Positions 36,273 through 44,073 of a stretch of 64,000 nt of DNA are shown in pieces (positions within the stretch are counted from its first letter, which is position 1; each line of letters opens with the position of its first letter). A program made the position numbers and the translations under genes. This DNA comes from Thermodesulfovibrionales bacterium. Lineage in GTDB: Bacteria; Nitrospirota; Thermodesulfovibrionia; Thermodesulfovibrionales; UBA9159. The stretch is from the NCBI GenBank assembly GCA_035686305.1, contig DASRZP010000053.1, positions 3,583 through 67,582 on the forward strand. The letters are read 5' to 3'. The notes beneath the pieces were generated by a model. It ran no database searches, was not told the origin of the DNA, and saw only the letters and a list, made by a program, of their open reading frames with translations.

Positions 36273-36359
36273 GGGAGACGAAATCAGGGTGGGGCGCGTT
36301 CAGAAACGGGGCGCACAACCCTTCTGTCCCGCATCTTTGATCCGGGCTCTCTTGAGACA

Positions 36360-37067
36360 ATGAGTTCGATACTGGAGGGATTGAGCAAGGCCTTTTCCCT
36401 TATTCTGCATCTCAATGCAGAACTGCTGGGCATTATCGTGCTCTCCATTGAGGTATCAGGGACTGCCCTTCTTATTGCTACGCTCTTGGGGCTTCCCCTC
36501 GGTGCTCTCCTCGGATTCAGGAAGTTTCCCTTAAAAGGTCTTTTCATCAGTGTCATGAATACCCTTATGGGACTGCCCCCTGTGGTTGTCGGTCTCTTTG
36601 TTTATCTTTTGCTTTCAAGAAGCGGACCCTTTGGTTTCCTGTCGCTCCTCTATACCCCCGAGGCCATGGTTCTTGCCCAGAGTATCCTTGCCTTTCCTAT
36701 CGTCACGTCACTAAGCCATTCAGCAATCACCAGTGTTGATCCGATCATTCGACAGGCTTCCATGACCCTCGGGGCTACCCCTTTTCAGATCTCATTCAGG
36801 ATCATAAGAGAGGCCCGCTACGGAATCATGTCCGGGATCATTGCGGCCTTTGGAAGGGTCATGGCTGAAGTGGGTGCAATACTCATTGTCGGTGGAAACA
36901 TCGCGGGTTTTACAAGGGTGATGACGACAACCATAGCCCTCGAGACCGACAAGGGCAACTTTGAACTTGCCCTTGCCCTCGGCGTCATACTCCTGGCAAT
37001 TTCGCTGTCGATAAATTCCGTTCTCCACGTCATCCAAAAGAAAGGCTCGATCGGAGGAAACAGATGA
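36360..37067 (+). CDS. tupB: Tungstate ABC transporter permease
   Basis: Five or six TM helices. EAA-like loop IIRQASMTLGATPFQISFRIIREARYG. Stop/start overlap (ATGA) with tupC. Confidence 0.85.
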   Translation: MSSILEGLSKAFSLILHLNAELLGIIVLSIEVSGTALLIATLLGLPLGALLGFRKFPLKGLFISVMNTLMGLPPVVVGLFVYLLLSRSGPFGFLSLLYTPEAMVLAQSILAFPIVTSLSHSAITSVDPIIRQASMTLGATPFQISFRIIREARYGIMSGIIAAFGRVMAEVGAILIVGGNIAGFTRVMTTTIALETDKGNFELALALGVILLAISLSINSVLHVIQKKGSIGGNR

Positions 37068-37756
37068 GCCTGAGACTCGATGCCTCGAATATCGGGAAGG
37101 TATACAACGGCAACGAGGTATTGAGAGACTGCTCTTTTTCATTCCATGAAAAGGGTATCTACGTCTTGACCGGAATGAACGGCTGCGGCAAATCTACTTT
37201 CCTCAGGATCTGCGCCCTTATCGAGACCCCCGACAGCGGTGAAGTAAGGTATCTTGCCGACGGGAAGAGGGTGGAGAACGATCTGGCAGTCAGACGGAGG
37301 ATAACCCTGGTGCTTCCTAGGGTGGGAGTTTTCAACAGCACGGTCTTAAAGAATGTAGCATATGGATTGACAATCCGTGGAATAAGGCAGGACGAGGCGG
37401 AAAGGAAAGTCAGCAGCGCCCTTGAGTTTGTGGGTTTGAGTAACAAGAGAGAACAGAACGCCTTGACTCTTTCGAGCGGAGAGACGCAGCGCCTCGGCAT
37501 TGCGAGGGCATTGGTTATAGAGCCTGAGATCCTCTTCCTCGACGAGCCGACGGCCTCTGTCGACCTCAAGAACACCGAGATCATAGAAAACATCATCCTG
37601 GAGATGAGAAAGAGTAGCCGTGCGATCGTCATCATCGCGACCCATGACAGAGGGCAGGCACAGAGACTTGCGGACCGCCTCCTGGTAATGCGTGACGGAA
37701 AGATCACAGTCAGTCCTTCCTCGGGTGCCTGCCTTTCCGAAAAACGACAGTTTTAA
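37064..37756 (+). CDS. tupC: Tungstate ABC transporter ATP-binding protein
   Basis: Walker A GMNGCGKST, signature LSSGETQRLGIARAL, and Walker B ILFLDEPTASVD. Confidence 0.88.
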   Translation: MSLRLDASNIGKVYNGNEVLRDCSFSFHEKGIYVLTGMNGCGKSTFLRICALIETPDSGEVRYLADGKRVENDLAVRRRITLVLPRVGVFNSTVLKNVAYGLTIRGIRQDEAERKVSSALEFVGLSNKREQNALTLSSGETQRLGIARALVIEPEILFLDEPTASVDLKNTEIIENIILEMRKSSRAIVIIATHDRGQAQRLADRLLVMRDGKITVSPSSGACLSEKRQF

Positions 37757-37868
37757 GCCAACTGAATCCTTTTTTTGAGCGCCCTTTTTGTTGTCGTAGA
37801 CGATTCTTCTCATTACCCGGCACAAAGGAGATTGTCAGAGTCCGGAGGAGAATATTATACTAACGCTT

Positions 37869-39020
37869 ATGGATGAACATGGACGCAAGGAGAAGGTGAT
37901 AACGATTACCTACGCTATCACTTCTTCTTCAGGAGAGATCGGGAAGATTGCGGAAGAAATAGCCCTGGAACAGACTGTCGAAGTTCCTGCGGAGGTCATT
38001 GGGGACGACAGGGTGCGAGAGGAGATTGTCGGCAAGGTCGTCTCGATTCACAGAACCGACAGTGAAACGGAAGAGCGCTGCATCGTTGAGATAGCCTATC
38101 CTGTTATCGTATCGAACTATGAGATCCCTCAGTTTCTCAACCTCCTGTACGGGAACATCTCGTTCAAGAGGGGAATCAGGATTGTCGACATGCACTTTCC
38201 GCCGGAATTCATCCGCACCTTCAGGGGCCCGAAGGTAGGGCTAGAGGGCATGAGAAGACTCATCGGCGTTTTCGACAGACCTCTCGTCTCTACTGCATTG
38301 AAACCGATGGGCAGATCGCCGGAAGAGCTGGCAGAAATGTGCTACCAATTTGCGCTCGGAGGAATCGATATCATCAAAGACGACCACAGTCTCGTGGATT
38401 TTCCCTTTTGCAGGTTTGAGGAGAGGGTTACGGAATGCATGAAGGCCATTGAGAGGGCGGAGGCGAAGACAGGCAAGAGAGCCCTTTACTTTCCGAACAT
38501 TACTGGCCGCTTCGAAAGGATCATGAACAATGTGGAATACGCGATGGAGAAGAACGTTGGAGGTCTCCTCGTCTCTCCTTTTGTCATGGGGCTCGACTGC
38601 GTGAGACATATTGCAGAACGTGACGGGATCGACAAACCCGTCATGTCCCATCCCTCATTGACCGGAATTTTTTTTGCAGATAGCGAGACCGGCATTGCTC
38701 CCGGTCTCCTCCTCGGTAAACTCTTTAGGCTCATCGGCATAGACTGTTCCGTCTTTCCGAATTTTGGAGGACGGTTCTCCTTTGACCGGCCGACCTGCCT
38801 CTCGATTGCCGGTGCCTTGAGGGAGGAGTTTTATCATATGAGAAGCGCCTTCCCGACGCCGGCCGGAGGAATGCGCCTCGAAAACATTGCTGAAATCCTG
38901 CACTTTTATGGTAAGGATATTATCCTCCTCATCGGGGGGGCGCTGTATCTCAAATCCCGTGACCTTCAGGAGGGCGCACGATATTTTTGCGAAAGGGTTT
39001 CGGCTGCTTGCAGGCAGTAA
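37869..39020 (+). CDS. RuBisCO-like protein (form IV RLP)
   Basis: RuBisCO large-subunit core: STALKPMGRS (KPKxG box with Lys177 replaced by Met) and ALGGIDIIKDDHSL (K201 and D203 kept, E204 replaced by His). TPAGGM and LLIGGA glycine motifs. These by-eye substitutions are incompatible with carboxylation. Confidence 0.85.
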   Translation: MDEHGRKEKVITITYAITSSSGEIGKIAEEIALEQTVEVPAEVIGDDRVREEIVGKVVSIHRTDSETEERCIVEIAYPVIVSNYEIPQFLNLLYGNISFKRGIRIVDMHFPPEFIRTFRGPKVGLEGMRRLIGVFDRPLVSTALKPMGRSPEELAEMCYQFALGGIDIIKDDHSLVDFPFCRFEERVTECMKAIERAEAKTGKRALYFPNITGRFERIMNNVEYAMEKNVGGLLVSPFVMGLDCVRHIAERDGIDKPVMSHPSLTGIFFADSETGIAPGLLLGKLFRLIGIDCSVFPNFGGRFSFDRPTCLSIAGALREEFYHMRSAFPTPAGGMRLENIAEILHFYGKDIILLIGGALYLKSRDLQEGARYFCERVSAACRQ

Positions 39021-39082
39021 GGTATTCTCGGAGAACTCCAGACTCTTTCTCGTCATTCTGTTTCGAACAGGGAGGTTGAGCG

Positions 39083-39466
39083 ATGGGCGTTATTCACCGT
39101 TTTACCGGAGAAGAGAATAATTTCAATTGGGAGGGCGCGATCCCCCGAGGCTATATCAAGGCAAACACGAAGGGCGCTGACGGCAAGGTCCTCATCGGCA
39201 AAACCGATGGAGCCCGGCAGTTTATTATCAGGTATTTCCGCGTAGAGCCCGGCGGCTGGACTGCCCTCGAGAACCATCCCCATGACCATGGGATCTTTAT
39301 CCTCCATGGGAGGGCCCGTGTTTTGCTTGGTAATGAAGAGGTAGAGGTGGGGCCCCGTGATGCCGTCTACATCAACCCTGACGAAGTCCATCAGCTGCGG
39401 CCCGTCGGGGACGAAGCCCTTGGTTTCCTCTGCATCGTGCCGCCGAAGGACAATGAGATTGGATGA
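39083..39466 (+). CDS. Cupin-domain protein
   Basis: GGAGG lies 7 nt before the ATG. Cupin motifs GGWTALENHPHDHGIFILHG and GPRDAVYINPDEVHQL. Confidence 0.85.
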   Translation: MGVIHRFTGEENNFNWEGAIPRGYIKANTKGADGKVLIGKTDGARQFIIRYFRVEPGGWTALENHPHDHGIFILHGRARVLLGNEEVEVGPRDAVYINPDEVHQLRPVGDEALGFLCIVPPKDNEIG

Positions 39467-39517
39467 GAAGGCCCAGGAACCGGCATACGGAATGACATCG
39501 CTTAAGGCACTCGGTGC

Positions 39518-39805
39518 TTGGTGATGAAAGGTCTTCTCAAAAACCTTGTCTTGAAGAACAGGGAACTCATATGGAAAGAAGCCGAGAAGATGCAAGGTTT
39601 TATGGCGCTCCTTATGAAGCCCAGGAACACGGGGGCAGGGTGGACGGAGGATGAGAAGAAGTCATTAAAGGCTCACCTGAAGCACCTTTCCGCTTTCCTT
39701 CCCGCACTCGTCATTTTTCTCTTGCCCGGCGGTTTCCTTCTCCTGCCCCTTCTTGCCATTGCCCTTGACAGGAGAAAAAAGAAGCGGCACGAGCTTGAAA
39801 AGTGA
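39518..39805 (+). CDS. Hypothetical small membrane protein
   Basis: An amphipathic N-half, one TM helix (LPALVIFLLPGGFLLLPLLAIAL), and a basic tail RRKKKRHELEK. Confidence 0.5.
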   Translation: MVMKGLLKNLVLKNRELIWKEAEKMQGFMALLMKPRNTGAGWTEDEKKSLKAHLKHLSAFLPALVIFLLPGGFLLLPLLAIALDRRKKKRHELEK

Positions 39806-39807
39806 TC

Positions 39808-40671
39808 TCAATGATCGGCGAGACTAAAGAGGGAGGTTCTCTTTCCATGCTCTCGTCCCCTGGGCTTCAGCGCCGTTATATATGCGGAAAAGACCATCGT
39901 CTCCACTCCCTCGCCAAAGTTCCAGCTTCTGATGATCTCGTCGCTGTTATCTTTATCCTGAACGACAATGTTGGTGAAGCCTGCCGCTGAAAGAATCCTT
40001 TTCAGTTCCTCAACGGGAACCGCTCCGGTAATTCAACCACTATAGGCATCTTCATTCTTCGTGATCTCTTCCGAAAATTCGCCTTTCTTCAGCACATCGG
40101 AAATCGCAAGCCTGCCTCCCGGTCTCAAGACTCGGTATGCTTCATTGAAAACGGCCTGTTTGTCAGGAGAGAGATTAACGACACAGTTGGAAATAATGAC
40201 ATCGATTGAAGACCCATGGAGGGGCAGACGCTCTATCTCCCCATGTCTGAACTCCACATTCTTCATCCCCAGCTTTTCCGCGTTTGCAGTCGCCTTTGCG
40301 ACCATCTCAGGTGTCATATCAACACCAATGACATGACCGTTTGGTCCCACCTTCATGGATGAGAGGAAGGCGTCAAAACCGGCGCCGCTCCCAAGGTCGA
40401 GAACCGTTTCCCCAGCCGTAAGCTCGGCAATGGCATGGGGATTTCCGCAGCCGAGGCCGAGGTTAGCCTCTCCGAGGCCCACCTTTAATTCCTCTTCGGA
40501 GTACCCAAGCATCTTTCCCGTCTCCAGCAGGCTTATCGTATTGATCTCAGGAGCACAGCAACGTGCAGAAGAAAGGCACGATGGTCCGCCTGCTGCCACG
40601 GCAGAGTAGCTCTTCAATACCAGCTGTTTAATCTTTGCTCTTTTTTGATCCATCTTTCCGATCTTCATCAT
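39808..40671 (-). CDS. arsM: ArsM-like SAM-dependent (arsenite) methyltransferase with in-frame UGA (probable selenocysteine at codon 213)
   Basis: N-terminal CC pair (ARCCAPE), GLGCGNP, VLDLGSGAGFD, and VIISNCVVNLSPDK. ...EDAYSG-TGA(40035-40033)-ITGAVPVEELKRILSAAGFTNIVVQ... continues in frame to TGA 39810-39808. The TGA aligns with the conserved ...GC[IV]AGA Cys of ArsM. Confidence 0.75.
40003..40022 (-). promoter_or_regulatory. Candidate bacterial SECIS hairpin 3' of the arsM UGA
   Basis: On the mRNA, 10 nt separate the UGA from a 7-bp stem CGGUUCC/GGAACUG (one G.U pair) closing a CGUUGA loop that contains GU. Confidence 0.45.
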
Positions 40672-40930
40672 ACCACAGAAGAGGGATGGTGTTCATACTC
40701 TTTGCATTCTCCTCTTGACCTTCCAGGCGCTCAAAAACATTTTGTTCGGGAAGGCAGGTATGGTGAGACGCCTCGTATCGCGATACCTTTGAAGGTTGCC
40801 GTCCACCGATGTCAGCTCAATGGGGGAAATCACTTTCGGTGGAGTCCCCCTCAGGGCACCTCTTTGCTGAAGGCTCACCGCATGTACGGGGCTTCGATCA
40901 CCCCTGCCTTCCCATTGTGCACCGTTGGGG

Positions 40931-40959
40931 TTGACAAACTGTGATATAATCATATACCA
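40931..40959 (+). promoter_or_regulatory. Promoter region of arsR (overlapping candidates)
   Basis: Two overlapping candidates: TTGACA (40931-40936) with TATACC 16 nt downstream, and an extended -10 TGATATAAT (40942-50). The ATG is at 40970. Confidence 0.4.
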
Positions 40960-40969
40960 TTACGTTTAT

Positions 40970-41383
40970 ATGAAAGACATAGCGAAACTCTGCGGCGTCT
41001 TTTCCGATGAGACGAGAATGCGCATTCTCATGCTCCTCACGCGGAAGGAGATGTGCGTTTGCCAGATCATGGGGGTCCTCGGCATATCGCAACCTCTTGT
41101 GTCCCGAAATCTCTTTCTCCTCAGGAGCGCCGGGCTGCTCTCGGAGCGGAGAGAGGGAAAGCTCGTCTTCTATTCATTGATAAAGGACCTTCCCGCTGTT
41201 GCAGGAGGAATCATTTCCCTGCTGAAGAAACATCTGAAAGATGATCCAGTCTTTACCTCCGATCTCCAGTCCCTTGCCGACTGTTCCGCCTTTCAGAAGA
41301 GGTCCGGGAAATGTGATATGAAGACCTTCCTCGCCTTTATTGAAGAGCAAAGGAAAAAGAGGCAACGCAGTGTCAGGAAATAA
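40970..41383 (+). CDS. arsR: ArsR/SmtB family metalloregulator
   Basis: LFSDETRMRILMLLTRKEMCVCQIMGVLGISQPLVSRNLFLLRSAGLL, with the CVC metalloid-binding motif in the HTH. Divergent from arsM. Confidence 0.88.
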   Translation: MKDIAKLCGVFSDETRMRILMLLTRKEMCVCQIMGVLGISQPLVSRNLFLLRSAGLLSERREGKLVFYSLIKDLPAVAGGIISLLKKHLKDDPVFTSDLQSLADCSAFQKRSGKCDMKTFLAFIEEQRKKRQRSVRK

Positions 41384-41436
41384 TACGAGGGGCATCAAGG
41401 GCACCGAAAAGCTTTTCTCGTGCTGGAGGAAGATTT

Positions 41437-42831
41437 ATGGATAGACCTGTCATCTCGGCACTCATTGTCGTTGTATTCTGCTGCTGTGCCATACCACGGG
41501 ACGGTCAGGGTACCGCGGGTGTCATGGGACGGTTTCTCGGTATCTCCGAAGCCCTGGCAGAAGCAAAGCCTGTCAGCCTCAGAGAGGCTGTAAGGCTTGC
41601 CCTTGAGAATAACCATGAAATACGGGCATCACAAAATGCCCTCTCGTCGCAGGGTGAAGATGTGGGGGTGGCGCTCAGCAACCTCCTCCCGAAGATAAGC
41701 TTTGAGGAACGGTTCTTGAGGACAACGAATCCCTCCTTCGCCTTTATGGCAAAGCTCAATCAGGCGCGGTTCACGCAGGAGGACTTCGCGATCAACTCGC
41801 TCAACAATCCCTCCGCCACAAACGACTTCCAGACATCCTTTTCCTTCGAGCAGCCGGTCTTCGTGAGGAAGGCGGGCGTGGGGCTCGATATGGCGAAGAC
41901 GGAATATGCCGCGGGCAGGGAGGAATACATACGGAGACAGCAGGAGCTTGCCCTGAAGGTTGCGAAGACCTACCTCTCGGTGATGACTGCAAAGCAATTC
42001 GTGAGGGTCTCTGAAAAGGCGCTGGAAGACAGTCGCGAGCACTTGAGGGTGGCAGGGGTGCGATACAGCGATGGTGTCGGGCTCTATTCTGATTCTCTGC
42101 GGGCATCGACATCGGTGACCGAAGCAGAGCAGAGACTCGTGAGCGCTCAAAAGAATCTGAATGTTGCGAAGAGGGCCCTGGGACTTCTCCTCGGCAGGGA
42201 CGAGGCCATCGAGACGACGGAGGGAGCACCCGATATCGCGTTGATGCCTGTTGAATACTATATGAATTCCTCACTCGCAAGAAGGGACATCAAGTCCCTG
42301 GAATTACGCTATGAGAACGCAAAGAATAATGTGAAGCTCGCTGAGGCCTCCTATTTCCCGAATATCGGAATCGGCGGGAACTATCAACTCAATGACCATA
42401 ATACGCCCTTCGGCAGCGAGGGGACGAGCTGGACGCTCCTCGCTTTTCTGCGCTGGGACATTTTTGACGGCACGAAGAGGGAGCGTGAAAGGACAAAGGC
42501 TAAATTCCAGGTTGCCGAGACCGAAGAGCATCTCAAGGGGCTGAAGAAGGCTGTTTCCTTCAAGGTCTATGATGCCTATCTCGGCGTTGAGGAGGCGAAG
42601 AAGAACGCTGAGCTTTCGAGTTCGGCCCTTGCTACAGCCGAGGAAGGCACAAGGCTCGTGATGGCGCGGTACGAACGTTCCCTCTCGCCGGTCGTCGACC
42701 TCCTCGATGCGCAGGCGACTCTCGATCAGGCAAGGGCGAATGCAGTGGCCCGGTCAAACGACTATCTGCTCTCTGTTATCAATCTCTCTTACGAGGCAGG
42801 AACCATATTGCAGGACCTGAAGACAGAATAA
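41437..42831 (+). CDS. TolC-family outer membrane efflux protein
   Basis: Two OEP repeats (LSLREAVRLALENNHEI... / ...LSPVVDLLDAQATLDQAR). It is the first gene of a TolC-MFP-RND set. Confidence 0.88.
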   Translation: MDRPVISALIVVVFCCCAIPRDGQGTAGVMGRFLGISEALAEAKPVSLREAVRLALENNHEIRASQNALSSQGEDVGVALSNLLPKISFEERFLRTTNPSFAFMAKLNQARFTQEDFAINSLNNPSATNDFQTSFSFEQPVFVRKAGVGLDMAKTEYAAGREEYIRRQQELALKVAKTYLSVMTAKQFVRVSEKALEDSREHLRVAGVRYSDGVGLYSDSLRASTSVTEAEQRLVSAQKNLNVAKRALGLLLGRDEAIETTEGAPDIALMPVEYYMNSSLARRDIKSLELRYENAKNNVKLAEASYFPNIGIGGNYQLNDHNTPFGSEGTSWTLLAFLRWDIFDGTKRERERTKAKFQVAETEEHLKGLKKAVSFKVYDAYLGVEEAKKNAELSSSALATAEEGTRLVMARYERSLSPVVDLLDAQATLDQARANAVARSNDYLLSVINLSYEAGTILQDLKTE

Positions 42832-42849
42832 GGAATCCGGAGGAGTGTT

Positions 42850-44067
42850 ATGAAAAAAAAAGAGAGGACAGGCTGGAAGCGTTCGCGGAGAGGGGATGGC
42901 TGGAGAGGGAGAGGGAGACTCTTCCTCGTCCTCTGCTCTTCCACAATTGCCGTCTCTTCTCTTTTCGTTGCGGGCTGCAAGGAAAAGGTGAAGCCCGGCA
43001 CTGCCGAGATAAGGAGTCAGGTCGTGAAGGGTGTCGTTGTTCAGGAAGTAAGACCGTCACGGGTCGATGAGTACTATGAGACTTCTGCCACGGTCAGGGC
43101 AAAGACGACGACCATGATTGCGAGCAGGATCATGGGCGTCGTGACGTCGGTGAAGGTGAGGGAAGGTGACAGGGTAAGAGCGGGACAGGTGCTGATATCG
43201 ATTGACGACAGCGATTCCGCAGAAAAAGTGGCTGCAGCTGAGGCCGGGGAGCGGGAGGCGCTTAAGGCCCTGGAGGCGGCGAAGCAGAACAAAGCTCTCG
43301 CAGACATAACATACCGGAGGTATAAAGGCCTCGTCGATGAAAAGGTCATTACCCAGCAGGAGCTCGATCAGATCGAAACGCAGAAGAGGGTCGCAGACAT
43401 CGAATGTGAACGGGTTCAGGAGATGGTGAACAGGGCAAAGGCGGGTCTCTCCGAGGCTCGGATATACCATGGCTTCACAAGAGTAACCTCTCCTTTCTCC
43501 GGAATAGTGACGGAAAAGAAGATCGAACAGGGGGGGATGGCGGTGCCGGGGGCTCCCCTCATGACGGTCGAAGATCCGTCCTCCTTTAGACTCGACGTGA
43601 ACGTAGCGGAGAGCCTCCTAGGTAAGATGAGGACCGGCATGCCCGTCGATATCGTCCTTGAGTCGATCGGAAAGAATCTCAAGGGCAGGATATCCGAGAT
43701 CGTTCCGGCAGTGGATCCCCTTTCAAGGACCTTTCTTGTGAAAGTTGAAGTTCCCGTCGAAGGGTTAAGGAGCGGTCTCTATGCAAAGGTGAGGATCCCC
43801 GTCGGGACGAAAGAGGCCCTTGTGGTTCCCGGGAATGCGATCGTCGAGAAGGGCCAGCTCACCGGAGTCTACACGGTCGATGAGAAAGGGATAATAGCCT
43901 ACAGGCTTATCCGGACAGGAAAACGGTATGAAGAGGGCTTCGAGATAGTATCGGGGATAAACCCCGGAGACAAGATCATTAGCGAAGGTTCTGATAGGGC
44001 AATGGACGGGGGAATACTTGATCGAAGCGACAAAAAACAGGAACCATCTCAGACTCGACAGAGGTAG
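42850..44067 (+). CDS. RND efflux periplasmic adaptor (MFP) lipoprotein
   Basis: Lipobox FVAGC. Lipoyl/barrel-sandwich motifs VKVREGDRVRAGQVLISID and TSPFSGIVTEK. Confidence 0.88.
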   Translation: MKKKERTGWKRSRRGDGWRGRGRLFLVLCSSTIAVSSLFVAGCKEKVKPGTAEIRSQVVKGVVVQEVRPSRVDEYYETSATVRAKTTTMIASRIMGVVTSVKVREGDRVRAGQVLISIDDSDSAEKVAAAEAGEREALKALEAAKQNKALADITYRRYKGLVDEKVITQQELDQIETQKRVADIECERVQEMVNRAKAGLSEARIYHGFTRVTSPFSGIVTEKKIEQGGMAVPGAPLMTVEDPSSFRLDVNVAESLLGKMRTGMPVDIVLESIGKNLKGRISEIVPAVDPLSRTFLVKVEVPVEGLRSGLYAKVRIPVGTKEALVVPGNAIVEKGQLTGVYTVDEKGIIAYRLIRTGKRYEEGFEIVSGINPGDKIISEGSDRAMDGGILDRSDKKQEPSQTRQR

Positions 44068-44073
44068 AATCGG

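Noticed and set aside
39802-39990. 62-codon plus-strand ORF downstream of the small membrane protein.
   Set aside because: The opposite strand here is the in-frame continuation of arsM past its UGA and encodes the expected ArsM C-terminal domain. The plus-strand ORF is most likely spurious.
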